NCBI GenBank assembly: GCA_963693365.1
Contig: CAVNZM010000014.1
Location: forward strand, 3,348,001 to 3,412,000
DNA length: 64,000 bases
Origin: Amoebidium appalachense
Taxonomy: Eukaryota > Protista > Ichthyosporea
Direction: 5' to 3'
Below are positions 35,206 through 62,216 of this stretch, in pieces. A program made the translations under genes and the position numbers. The notes below the pieces were generated by a model. It saw nothing but the letters and a program-made list of their open reading frames with translations. It did not search any database and was not told the DNA's origin. Positions within the stretch are counted from its first letter, which is position 1. Every line of letters starts with the position of its first letter.

Positions 35206-35657
35206 CCTGGGAAATGAAATAAATGGTCCTCGGCCGCAAATTGTGAAATGTCAACCTCGACTGCCATTCCCCATTTTCAAACCCTGTTACCCCTGTTTCT
35301 TTGGTAGCTGCACATAGCGCTTGCATGTTATGTATGGACCAGCCATACGGTGTTGTACAACAGAATGCAATGAAAAAAGAACCAACAAGAAAAATAAAGC
35401 TACATATTAATCCGGCAAGCTATATCAAAATAACCCTTGTTATATTACACCGGCATCTAAATCGGCACTTCGCAACTTGACCTCAGTATGACTTCCTAAC
35501 CTACCTAATATTGACTTGATTTTACTTGATGGGGTACCCTCACCTTGTTAAGAATTTGCACATTAGCCATAAAAAAAAGAAATCGTGGAGGGGGAAAACC
35601 GACTTCATCCTTCAAAGTATAATCACCACGGTCACATACCATGGGGAACATGTCGTT

Positions 35658-37530
<1,873 letters not shown>

Positions 37531-37555
37531 GGAGCCTCCGTGTGGGGAGGGGAAG

Positions 37556-37597
<42 letters not shown>

Positions 37598-38602
37598 GGA
37601 AGGGGGGTCGGTAGGGAGGTGAGGGGTGGGGGTGCGGGGAGGGGGGGGGGGGGGGGGGGGGACGGTGGGTTAAAGAAGAGGAGGGGGGAGACGGGAAAAG
37701 GGAGAGAGTGAGATCGAATGCTGGGGGAGAGAACTGGCGGGCTGGGGAACTAAAGGGCGAGGGCGCACATAAAAAAAACTAGAGTGAGAAAAACTCAGGC
37801 GAGGGGATGCCTTCTCAATATTAGCTGTGCATGTATGCCTGTGCAATATTAGGTATGCCTGTGCAATATTAGCTGTGCATGTGTTCATGTTAGCTGTGCA
37901 TGTATATATCTGCATGTATGTATATGTGCCGGCACACGTCCACACAGACTAGATCTGAGCCATCTCCTAGAAAAACGGCGAAAAACTACCGAATCTAGGC
38001 CTTCGCTATTGGCTAATGGGTGCGATCATCTGATTCTGAATCCTTCAAGAGTAGGATTGATGTGGCGCTTCTACAGTATTTTTATCATCTCAAAATCTTA
38101 CAATAAGAAAAAAAAAAAAATTACTAGCTTTTTGCTCTATATATCTTCCTTTTGTACCCGTTAATTGTTGTGTAGGAGTCCACTCCGCGGCCTGTCGACG
38201 GCCAAATCGACCGCGGCCCGCCAACAAATTACTCCTTTAGATTGGAGATATATCGCGTTGCTAATGTCACCGAATGTCCCCAAAAAATTTACGCCCAGGC
38301 ATGCATGCTGGCGAGGGAATCACTCAGTTTCGGTCATAGTAACGCTAAAAGCTCAACGATTTTGGGTTTTTTTCTTATAGCTACTAAAGCGTATTAGAGG
38401 AGACGCTATTGTATATGCTTTCTCATTCTTTGTATGTTCGATATTCGTTGGTTTGTTTAACTAAACAGCTTGGGTCCGAGGTTGGTTTTGGGTTTCATTC
38501 GGAACCTTTGCTTGACACGCGGTTCAGCCTCTAGGCCCGTGGGTATAGACGTTGTCTCCGTGAAGCACAAGACTCTCTGGACCTTAGAGGAAATCAAGCA
38601 AG

Positions 38603-50324
<11,722 letters not shown>

Positions 50325-50912
50325 GGGCCTGCACCTGCCTTATATGGAAAGGATATGAGTGCATGTACCTGCCTTTTATGGAAGGTGAACCGAACCACAT
50401 GAACCGGCCCGGATTACCAACGTGACAATGTTTCATGTGTGACTCGGTTGTCGTTGTGGGGTGTGTGGGGGGGGTGGGGGGTGGGGAGTAATATTTTCAA
50501 TCATTTTCCTGGTAATGCTTTTGTCGATGTTGCCCCGGCATCAGGGCCGGGGGAGGGGGGGGGGGGGGGATATAGCTAGCAAATGAAGGCAAATCAACTG
50601 AAGTTTTGCCATCGTGAATATGAAAAGAATCGTGTGTGGAAATATAGTAGACCAAGAATTGATTAAGTTAGGGATGGATTAGTAGTGCTATCCATAGGTA
50701 TGTATATTGGCATCAAGTGAAGGTAGAAGTGTTGGGTCTTGTCGCTTCTTTTTTGTGTGTGTGAGTGACTGCTCTGCCTAGATGCTCTTTTCGACAGGAT
50801 AAAGAATGTACCTCGTATGTGATTTTTTTTTCTGTGTCTGCCTTTTGTCTTTGGTGGTGTCCTGGTGTCCTTTGTTTTTTTTGTTTTGTTTTTTTTTGTT
50901 TTTTTGTTTTTT

Positions 50913-50949
<37 letters not shown>

Positions 50950-51190
50950 GTGGGGGGGGGGGGGGGGGGGGGATGGGTCGTTGTCACGGAAACAGATTTA
51001 TTTATGGGTCTGTACGCATATATAGCTTGACACATTAGGCAGCGGTATTTACAAGTTCATGATATTGAAATGAAGCCTGAATATAAATTCTGACCTGGAA
51101 ATCACTAAGCCCTAAGTGTCCCAAAAATCGTTCGCCTCCCCCCCCCCCCCCCCCCCCCCCCCCCCCATCTCAACTTCTCCCAAACACATT

Positions 51191-51241
<51 letters not shown>

Positions 51242-51844
51242 CACGTGCTCACAGTTCTTCTGCACATTATGTGTTGTCCCTAATTTAACCCAGTCTATGA
51301 TCCGCAGTACCGCATGGCAAGCTGTTGTCACGGACTTAACCCCGTTAACCATGAGCCAAGTACTTAACGTGCCATTTGTGCCTGGAACTCTTTCTCTCCG
51401 GATCCTGCACCCACTTATCAGAATGAAGTTACCCTGAGCCTCGGAGGCACTTACACTGTACTGATACTACTGTTTTTAGGCTAGCTAGCGGTAGAAGACT
51501 ATCGAATTTCAATTGTATGCACCGTGCACGGGCTGGCATATGTGACTCCCCCATCTTCTACAAGGTAATCCGACGTCGACCCGTACGTATGCCGGCCCGC
51601 ACGAAGCTGTGAAGCCAAACATGATACATAAACACATGAACACATGTACATGCATATGCACGTCGTACAGTGGCTGTCTATGGCTCTGTAGTTGCCCCAC
51701 GCGAATTCCCTCCGCCAAAATCCCGAAACTGCCAAAAAACAAAAAAAAGTGATTCTCCTATGGGACAAGCTGAGTCCCAAAAAATTAATTTTTGCGGACA
51801 TGCATATGCATGAGCCAACGTGAGCCAGTGGACACGAGCTAGGG

Positions 51845-52382
51845 ATGTTCGGTGACATCAGCTACGTGATAATTATTCAATCTAATGACGGGACGCCGCC
51901 GGAAGAGTTACGTAACAAGCTTGTAGGCTATTGTGAAGACAGCTTACGACGTAGGTCTATCTATATCATAGATAATACAAAAACAGAAAGGAGTGGTAGC
52001 GAGCCTTATAAACTTTATTGCTTTATTATTTAATTTCTTCTAAGTTTCTGATGACAAAAGTATTGTAGAAACGTTTTGGGTGGATAGTACAGGTGACCGT
52101 GACTCGACCGCCGGACCCGTCGCCAATGGTTGGTCCTACATTCAACAGCTTTTCACCGTTACGTTGGATGCCTGGCTCAGCCTTTCAACATTTTAGACAC
52201 CAAACTGCTTTTCGATTGCTTTATGGCCAGTCTGATGATGAGAGGCAGCACCCGGCTGCCGTCCCCGCAGGCCCCCACTAGGCCGCAAATAAATCACATG
52301 TACTGACTCCTGGCCCTGGGGCCATACACACGAGATCAATACAGATAAGGCCCTCGGGCCTGAAAACAGAAATCATCCCCCC

Positions 52383-52428
<46 letters not shown>

Positions 52429-52954
52429 ACAACAACAACAACAACAAGCACTACTACCCTCAACCTAGCACTTATAGCCCTGCTCCATAAAGCTGAGAAC
52501 AGCCGCCAAACGGCGAGGAAACAGAATGCGGGCGGGTGGGTGGGCCCTAAGAGAAGCGGCGAGGAAAAGACTGTTTGAGAGAAGCCAAAAACACGACTTT
52601 TATAGTCGCTTCTACAGGAAGAGATGTGTGATGCCGAACATCACACCATCTTCTTCCGATTGGTGGATAAAATGAGTATTTACCAAATATATCACTGTTA
52701 AAGAACACGAAAAGGTGAACGTTGCCCTATAAAACATGTCACGACTCACGAAACTCATTCAAACGGGTCTCACAACTATCACAATTCCCCCGACAAGACT
52801 GAAAGCTGAAGTCTCTCTAACTTTATTTGTTTGCCCCCTCACCCTCCAGCTCCCAGCCTGCATACCGATCCTCTCTCCTGGCCTCTTGCAGCTGCAGATC
52901 GATCCCCCGCCCCTCTCCCGTCCCTCCCCCCTCACCCCACCGAGCCATTCTCCA

Positions 52955-52990
<36 letters not shown>

Positions 52991-54487
52991 TTCCCCTCTC
53001 CAAGGCTCACAGGCTGCACGTGTCATTTTATAGCCAGTGGTGCAGTTGTAAATACTTCCCAATACGGTAAAGTTTTGTTCTTTTTTTCTGCGCATTGGTC
53101 CTGCCTTGCACTGCAGGGAGGAGTATACTTATGTAAGGATGGATCGCTGGAACATGAGTGCCGTGTCCAACATGGATGTCCTCGGGCTGGATCTATTTAC
53201 TGACCCCATAACGAACGAGAGGAAGAAATGGAAGGACCTAAGCCGGACGGAAAGATGAAGGTGATCGGCGCCCTGTGATTTTGACAATGTACCATGGGGG
53301 TAGGGAGTCAGGGGAGAGGGTGAGGGGGGAAGGGGGAAGGGGGGAGGAAGGGGGGAAGGGGGAAGGGGGGAGGGGGGAGGAAAGGAGGACGGGACGGTGG
53401 GCTTGGTGGCTGTATTTATATTATAATTTACGTGTTTGCGCACGCAAAGATGTGGCTTATGACGTATCTGTTCGATTGCGTGTGTGGTTTTGTCGGCCAG
53501 AAAAAATTACTGATGTTCTTATCTCGAAACGGATAATGTTCTCATTGTATCCTTGAACACATTCATAGCATTTCTTTCTAATGCAACGTGCTCGTTTTTT
53601 CTCCACGTTCTGACAAAAAAGCTCACGCAAGAGGCAAAGGCGCTCATCGAAATCATGTGTGACCCATCTAACTCACCTGAAGAAATCAAGCTGTTCGCGC
53701 AATTTCTCGCTATAGTAGCTCACCTGGAAGATGGTGCATTTGCTGTTGAAAAGGTATAAAATACCCCCCCCCCCCTCCCCCCCCCCCCTCCCTCCCCTCC
53801 CCATATGCACCCCCACCCCATATCTCCTCCCTTCTGCCCCTTTATCCCCTCTCTCCTCCCCCCCTTCCCCCCCCCCCCCCCCCCCTCCCCCCCCTTTCTC
53901 TTCCTCATACGATCCAAGAAGAAACCAACAAACAGAACTAATTAGAGAAAAATTTGGAAACTTATCTGTGTCAGTCTTCAGCACGTTGTAAGCGACCCTG
54001 ATTTAGCGTGTTTTTAAGAAGATGTGTTCTAAAACCCGTTGATCTATACAAACTCTTTTATATGCCACCACCACCAGTCCCCCATTCTTCCAATATCGCA
54101 GCATTTTGTTGCTTTGTGTACTGTGCATATATCAAAGGATAAAGCGCAGCTTTGCGATTGGGGCACTAGAGGGTGTGTATCTTATTTCAAATCATGAAGC
54201 TCTAACACACCTGCTTATGTCCCCTCCCCCCCCCCCCTCCCCCCTTCCTTCCGCCGGTTGGTTGCTGTTAATGACTCCCCCTCCCCCCCCCTCCCCCCTC
54301 CCCCCAACCTACCCCCCTCCCCCCGAGGGTCTGTGCACCATGTTTTCGGTTTGTTTATGTTTTTGGAATGTATAATTCCTCGACATCCCCCCCCCCGTCC
54401 CCCCCCTCCCCCCTCCCTCAAAAAAAAAAATATGGATACGGGCAAAGGTGTGCTTGTGAAGGTGCATGTTCCCCCCCCCCCCCCCCC

Positions 54488-54536
<49 letters not shown>

Positions 54537-56217
54537 GGGGGGGGGGGGTAGAAAGACCCCTTTTGTTTTTGTTCTGCAAATTTGTATGTGGGGGTTTTAT
54601 TGTTGCAAGTCCCAAGAAAAACACCCATCCCGGCACCCACACCCACACTGAATAGAAACTTGTATGTGCGAATCGCACACGCTACAATTTTCGTACACTG
54701 GCACATGAACACGGTAAGTCAGACACCGTTGCTTACACACAGACACCTAACACCTTGGCTTGTTTGTTGTTTTGGGGCTGCATATCTGCAGTGAATTTTC
54801 TGAGTATTTTCGTCTCGTATGATTGGCTGGTGTTTTGTATGTTGCATATGATTGGTGGTTCGCACGTCTGGTCCGTCAGCCTAACGTGAGCAACGTTTCA
54901 AGATGGCATCACTCACCTGTTTCTATAACGCTCGCACACTCGTGCACACATGCATACCCACGCACACCCACACACGTGCGCGCACACGCACAGGCACACC
55001 CACCCACCCACACACACACCCACCCACCCACCCACACCCACACACACACACACGCACACGCGCACGCGCACGCGCACGCGCACGCGCGCGCACACACACA
55101 CACGGGCATCGCACACACATGCACACACACACACACATACATACACGCGCGCGCGCGTAAGTACGCACGCACACACACACACACACGCACACACAAACAC
55201 ACTCACACACACAAAACAGGCGGGTGGGTGGGCCCGCATACTTCAACTTATCCTCAAGAGCTCACCAGCAGCCCCAGCCCCCCTTCACCTCCTAAAGATC
55301 CTTCCTCCCATGCTCAACAATTCAGCAAGGCCCAAATACAACTCCGTAAGAACCAAAACGGTCGCGGCAGCTGCCAAACTCACATCAGATATGGTTGCCA
55401 ACTGGGAAAAACCCCCGGAAAATAAACCGGACATCTACAGTTTGCACATGCTGTGCCGCGTGTGGTGCAAGCTGTCGGAGGGCAGCCACTGCCTGTCCCA
55501 ATGGGCAGATCTCATGCCGCTTGTAAATACGGATTGGATTCCGAAATTTCGGAACCCTGCACGGATGGTGAATTGTTGTGCGTTCACGGTGCCAGCGTTA
55601 CCCTAGCGATGTTCCTAATCGCCTTTATCAACACGAACGGGGAAACTCCGAATATGGAACCGGTAAGCCAGTCGTTTTACGAGATTGGCGGCGTGAATCT
55701 TCTATTGAATTGCCTACTGCCCCTGCACCCCCAACACGACATTCTTGACCTAGAAGTAATGCGTATGATGAAATTTCTTGTGTCTTTTTCCCGCTACAGC
55801 GGATCAAACACGATCCGATCCCTTCCCCAGCCAATCATCGACTTGTGCGCGCGCATGCTTAGCAACCAGCCGGAATGCAACAGGGAGGACACTTTCAGAA
55901 GGTATATAAGATCCGTGGTTTTTTTTGCCGTTCACAACGCGTTGGAAAGGGGGAAAATGGAAGACGTTTTACAGTGGATGGATAACACGTCTGGGAGGGA
56001 AGTTATCTGTTATTGGCTGGCACACCCGGAGCTGAAAGGAGGAGATGACCGCACTAAGTTTGGAGTGGCAATGTTGGTGAGAAAAATATTCACATTTTCC
56101 TAATCTTTCTAATATCCATGTCTCCTCCCCCCCCCCCCCCCTCTCCCCCCGTCCCTCGTCTCTGCTCCTCCCTTACCCACACACTCATACGCACACATAC
56201 ACACCTACACAGTAAGA

Positions 56218-56252
<35 letters not shown>

Positions 56253-56615
56253 GAGGAGGGGAGGGGAAGGAGGAGGGGGAGGGGGAGGGAGTTGGGGAGG
56301 GGGAGGGGGGGGGGGGGGGAGAAGGAGGAGATGATGGGAGGAGGAGGGGGAGGGGGAGAGGGGGGGGGGGTGGGTGATGAGGGGAGGAGGGGTCCAAGGT
56401 GGGGAGGGTCGTAGGGCATGGGAGGGGGAGAAGGGGAAGAGCGAGGGTGGGGGGGAGCAAGAGAGAGAACGAGGGAGGGAGGGAGGGAGGGAGGGAAACA
56501 GACACGCACACACACCCACATGCCTTCGCTCGGCGCTTGTGTGTTTTTGGTGTATACATTTATTCATGTGTGTGTCCGGCTGGCGGTGGGAGAGGTTACG
56601 TTTTTTTTTTTTTTT

Positions 56616-56665
<50 letters not shown>

Positions 56666-56835
56666 GGGTGATGTTGTGGGTGTGTGTGTGGGTGCGGGGT
56701 GACGGGGTATGTTTCGTGTGTTGTGTCTGCCGCCCGGCCCCGCTTCCCTTCTTCCCTCCCCTCTCGTTCCCCCCTTCCCTCCAACCCCCACTTCTCCTCC
56801 CCCCCCCCCCCCCTCCCCCCCCCCCCCCCCCAAAA

Positions 56836-56877
<42 letters not shown>

Positions 56878-57604
56878 TGATATATATGTATATCTTTGTG
56901 CTTTCCGCCCCTCCCCTCATGTCTCATATCTTTGTCCTTTCATAATCCTCACCATGCGCAAATTCAACACCCCCCTCCCCCTCCCCCCTCCCCCCCTCTC
57001 ACAGTTGGTTGAGGCGATCTCCACAGCCGACGGCCTTCCCGCACTCAACCCCAAACCGATGGAAACCTTTGCAGCCAAAGCATTAACCCCCGCCACTGCA
57101 AGTAACATTTTCCGCGCTGCCGCGAATGTGGAAAGAGGGGGGTGGAATGATAGCGACCACATGCACATACTTAGATGGCTGGCTGTGTGTGGGGGGGCTC
57201 TTGCAACACCACCAGGCGGGGACTTTTTACCGTATTTCAAAGTATGTTACTGTCTCATTCTCTCTCTGTGTGTGTGCTTGCTCGTGCGCACGCGCACGTG
57301 CGTTTGGAAGGGAGGGAGGGAGAGTATGTGTGTGTGTGTTCGTTTGTGTGTGTGCGTGGTAGTGTGTGTGCTGTGTGTGTGCGTGTGTGCGGGGGCATGT
57401 GTGCACATGCTCACTGTTTGCGTGTACGTGACTGTGTGTGTGTTTGGGGGGGCGGGGGGGGGGGGGGGGGGGGGGGGGGTTGAAGGGAGGGAAAGGGAGT
57501 GGATAGGTAGGTTGGTGTTTGTGTTTGTCCTCATGGGTATGCGGAGAAGGACGGAAAGGTGGGTTTTGGGATGGGAAGCAAGAGTTTTTTTGGGGGGGGG
57601 GGAG

Positions 57605-57640
<36 letters not shown>

Positions 57641-58251
57641 CTTGTGGGTGGGTTTCCATTTTTGATTTCCGTAGGCGCAAATGTGTATATGGTGGAAAAG
57701 AACGTTTTTTTATTATTTTCATTTTATTTTTATTTTTTGGTGAGAGGGGGAGGGGGGGGGGGGGGGGGGGGGGGGGGGTTGCTGGTTGGCTGTGTGTGTG
57801 TACGACTTTGTGTTGCCTGCAAGGATAATAAGGTCGATATGTGCGTCTTTTTGTGCCTGTTTCTCCTCCCCCCTCCCCCCCCCCCCCCCCCCCCCCCCAT
57901 GTGTAGAATAGAGCTGACAAAAAGAAGAACATGTATTGCATTCACCGAGCAAGACACGACGAACCAGAGACCTATTGTAGGAAAGCAGTTAATAGTGTGA
58001 CCTGAAAAGAAGGCGGGAAAGAGGTGGTTTGGGGGGGAGGGGGGGGGGGGGGGTGAGGGGAGGTAAATAGTGACTAAGCTGTAGTGGTACTTACACTAAG
58101 ATCAAGATCTTAATGTATTTGAAAATCCAAGGGTGTGATATGTGTTTGTGCTTATGGTGTGGCGCCCGCTTACGCTGCTCAATGGAGTCGCATGGAGACT
58201 TCCACACACACTCACTCAAACACCCTCCGTCCCCTCCCCCCTTCCCCCCCC

Positions 58252-58282
<31 letters not shown>

Positions 58283-58382
58283 ATACACACACAAACACAC
58301 GAAAACACATGTACACACAGTCATGCAAACACACACACACACACACAAACACATGTGCATTCACCCATGCAACAAGCCCACC

Positions 58383-58465
<83 letters not shown>

Positions 58466-59372
58466 TCACACACCTACACAGGCAGGGATCCTGGACTGCA
58501 TACCCAAGCTCGTGGCCTCAGCATACCCAAACAAACCCGTTTCCCGTTTTTCCGATTCCCAAATCCGGTCTCTAGTTTCCATGTTTGATCTTTTCTTTAA
58601 CATCGCCTACTGCGCGCACCGGAGACCACCCCCAGGAATAGATCGTGACGAATATTTGATGCCTAAATCGGGCGAAGTGGATTCGTTTTCGGCGCTGGTG
58701 AGAGAGATGCTTGAAGTGAGGGGACACGGCTGGATAGATACACAGAAGACGGTCAGTGTGAGATGTGTTCGTGTAACTTTCGGGCTGTAGTTCTGCTCCT
58801 TCTTTTTTTTTTTTTTTTTTTTTTTTTGGAAGGGGGGGGAGGGGGGGAGGGGGGGGGAGGGGGGGGGAAGAGACGGAGAAATGGGTTTTCAGGTTTCCGG
58901 ATTGTTACTATTAGTTGTATGAGTGTATGCGCGCGTGTGTGTGTTCTTTCGTTCGTGTGTGCGTGCATCCGTGCATCCGTTGTCCGTGTGTCTGTGTGTG
59001 CGTGCTTGTGTGCTTGTGTGCTTGCTCGTTTTGCTCCTTTAGCTTTCCATTTCATTGGACTTACCAACAATTTGAATACTGTTTACACACATTTTCCTTG
59101 GACATCTCCTGTATAAGTCGATTTATAAAGGTATATACTGTATCACACGTCAATTTCTAATCTTTTTTTCTTTTCTTCAATCTTTCAGTGCTTTTTTTTT
59201 TCTCCCGAGGGATTATCCCCCCTCCTCCCCCCCCCCCCCCCCCCCTCCCCCTGCTTCCTCCATCACCGTGCCTGTTGTGGTGTTCAAAAAGTGTGCCGTG
59301 GTTTGCATGCGCGCCATCACACATGCACACACGCGTGCTCACACATGCACGCGCGCATACACACACACTACA

Positions 59373-59467
<95 letters not shown>

Positions 59468-59938
59468 CAAGCAACAGAATGTTTCGAATAAAGTGCACAC
59501 AATACTACAGGAAACTGTACACAAACGACAGTCCTTAAATGTCGTGTTGCGTGAACTTCATGATATATATATTTAACTCACCGTCACTTCTCCCCATTTA
59601 CATAAACTCTGTCACGCATGTCTACCTGTACAAAGAGAGAAGGTGGGGGAGGGGGGAAGGGGGAGTGTGGGGAGAAAGGGATGGAGGGAGAGAGAGAGAA
59701 GGGGGTGGGGGGGAGGTGGCGGAGGTGAGGGGAGGGGGGGGGGGGGGGAGGGGGGAGAAGGGGGGAGGGGGGCATTATTTGCATGCTCTGAAGAAAATAG
59801 CGAGAGAGATATGTTGAGAAGGTCCGGTGGAAGGGGGCCATAATCTGACAAAAGTCGTTGGTTTTTTTTTCCGACAGGGTTTGGAAAAGCGGTTTTTTTT
59901 GTCTGGAGCGGTGGTTGAAAGACAGGGAGGCAAGGAAG
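51845..59938 (+). CDS. Large multi-exon alpha-helical (ARM/HEAT-like) protein of unknown function, possibly decaying; clearer exons ~53013-53066, 53117-53260, ~53622-53753, ~55260-56076, 57005-57241, 58482-58751, ~59800-59938
   Basis: Coding blocks [15 protein letters not shown]..., [16 protein letters not shown]...[15 protein letters not shown] (ARM-like), [10 protein letters not shown]... and [11 protein letters not shown]..., mostly with GT/AG ends. Start uncertain; indels at ~53253 and ~55530; no terminal MYND exon found. Confidence 0.6.
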
Positions 59939-60219
59939 GTGGGTGCCTGTGATTGGTTTGCATAACTGCGTGTGGTGCCGGCTTTTGTGTGTGGTGGTGG
60001 TGGTGGGTGGGTTGGGGAGCGCGGGAGGGGGTGGGGGGGAGAGCGGGAGGTTGGAGGGGGAGGGGAGGAGGAGGAGGGGCAGGGGGGGGGGGGGGGGGGT
60101 ACCTGCTGATTGGGTAGTTTTGAATGGTGAGTGTGGTGCCGGCATAATATGTATTCTCTTATTGTTTAATTCGTTTCCAAAGTTTTTTTTTTTTTTTTTT
60201 GGTTGTTGTGGGGAGGAGG

Positions 60220-60236
<17 letters not shown>

Positions 60237-60250
<14 letters not shown>

Positions 60251-60351
60251 TAGCTATGTGTGGCGTGTGTTGTGAACCCCCCCCACACTATACTTCAGAG
60301 GTTTGACGGGGTTCACAACACACGCCACACATAGCTACCCCCCCCCCCCCC
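60237..60351. repeat. Perfect inverted repeat (30-bp arms plus 14 G:C pairs, 27-nt loop)
   Basis: 60251-60280 TAGCTATGTGTGGCGTGTGTTGTGAACCCC is the exact reverse complement of 60308-60337. Confidence 0.95.
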
Positions 60352-60355
60352 TTAT

Positions 60356-60647
60356 TCCGTACGACGAACCCTCTGTCGCATTCTTTCGCATCTGATTGGA
60401 CAAAACACGATCCGATGACGTAGGATCAGGGGGGAACGATTCGATCCCCGAGCGACATACGAGGGTCCGTTAGGCCCCTATAGTAGGGGGTTGGGGGGGC
60501 GGCAGCCCCCCCATTTAGGGCCCAGACACACATAGGGTTTTGGTTATTGGGTTTATGTTTTTATTTTGGTAATTAGTTCTCAAATATTGGTTTTTTAGCG
60601 GTTTTTGTGAGCGATCTCCCTATACCTAGGGGCCTCCGTCGTACGGA
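60356..60647. mobile_element. Putative MITE (~292 bp)
   Basis: 11-bp terminal inverted repeats TCCGTACGACG / CGTCGTACGGA, flanks CTTAT / CTTAC (near-TSD), internal hairpin GGGGGGGCGGCAGCCCCCCC. Confidence 0.65.
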
Positions 60648-60653
60648 CTTACC

Positions 60654-60697
<44 letters not shown>

Positions 60698-62216
60698 AAA
60701 AAAAAAAAGAGTAAATCGGTGTTTTTATTAATGGTTTCTTTATATGGCAACTGTGCAATTTGTATGAGGGGAGATGGTATACCATGTATAGTCAAAGCCA
60801 ATCGTTTGATCTGTCTATACGAGACAGGTTTGGATGTCGTCATTTTGACGTCAATATTCAAAGTGCTGACTTAGACCTTAGGTTGCGCCCACCGGTGCAG
60901 CCCATGGGTTGTGTAAATATAGCGGACGGGGATTTTTTTTTCCTTAATTTTTTGTTCTGTTTTCGTTGTATTCTGTTGTACAGTAGCGTATGGCTGGTCC
61001 ATACAAAGAACAGGTGTAACATGGTTTGAATAGGGGGAATGGCAGTTGCATTTTCAAATGCATTTTACAAGCAGGGTTGGTCATTCATCCTACCCTTTCT
61101 TCTTCTTTTTCCCCATGCCGCCCAATTTTTACCTTGGTTTGAATTGGTTTTTTGTGTGCTGCATCCATATGACTACGGGCTTAGAATGCCCATACGTGTA
61201 CATTAACACGCTTACCGTATATAGTTATGTATGTTATGCTTATTAAAAACCACCTGTAAATATTAAATACTAGCAAATCATTCCATATTCCTACTTTTTT
61301 TTATGTTCTATAATATAAACCTTTTTTTTTGTATGCCACAAAGAAGATCTCAGATTCACACACGAAATTAAAAAACGAAAAACTTAAAAAATATAAATTT
61401 AGGTCCACACACGAGACACATTGCCGCTCAACCACAAGTACATAATGTTATTATTTTGTGAACGGTTGTATGCATCGGTTATCATATGTTCAAGCGGGTT
61501 TTTTTTGGCCTGGTAGAAGCACCGGCACTAGTATCAGTCTACTGGTACTTGTTTTCTTTTGTTATATTTCTTTTTATTTATTTCTTCTTGTGTATGTACA
61601 CGTCGCAGCGTGTGCATATATTGTCGTTGTTGGTTTGGAAAGGGAAGGGGGGGTGGGGAGGAGGATACGGGGAAGGGGGGGGGGGGGGGGGGGGGGGGGG
61701 GGGAGAGAGAGAGAGAGAGGGGGGGGAGTTCATGAGGCTACCGTCAGTTATCTTCATTGTCACAGCACGAACGTTCAGTGACTTTGCCCTAATAAAACTA
61801 GGGCTATGTGTCAGGTGAGCCAGACCGCTGAAAAACGAGGTACTACATACACCACAATGGAAATAACCGTATCTTATGCATTTTCTCAGTTTTAAGTTGT
61901 CATACGGTGCAGGCGCAGAAACTTCGAAAACATATGAATTACCAGGGAGATTAAGTTATCGCATACTGTTACAGTAGTAACTCAAAACACACAGTGACTG
62001 GTACACAGTGTCAGTGAATCTTTTCGAAGTCCAGTCTAATACAAGATATGCATGCAAACTAATACTACTCAAATTTTGATTATACAAGCACCATTTGGGT
62101 CCCGTCACTCAAGATTCCAAAGAAAAAAGAAACAGACGAAAAAAAAAAAGATACATGTTATAGTTAATGCCCATACAACATCAGATTCTTTCAGCAAAAT
62201 CTACAGACACCCATGT

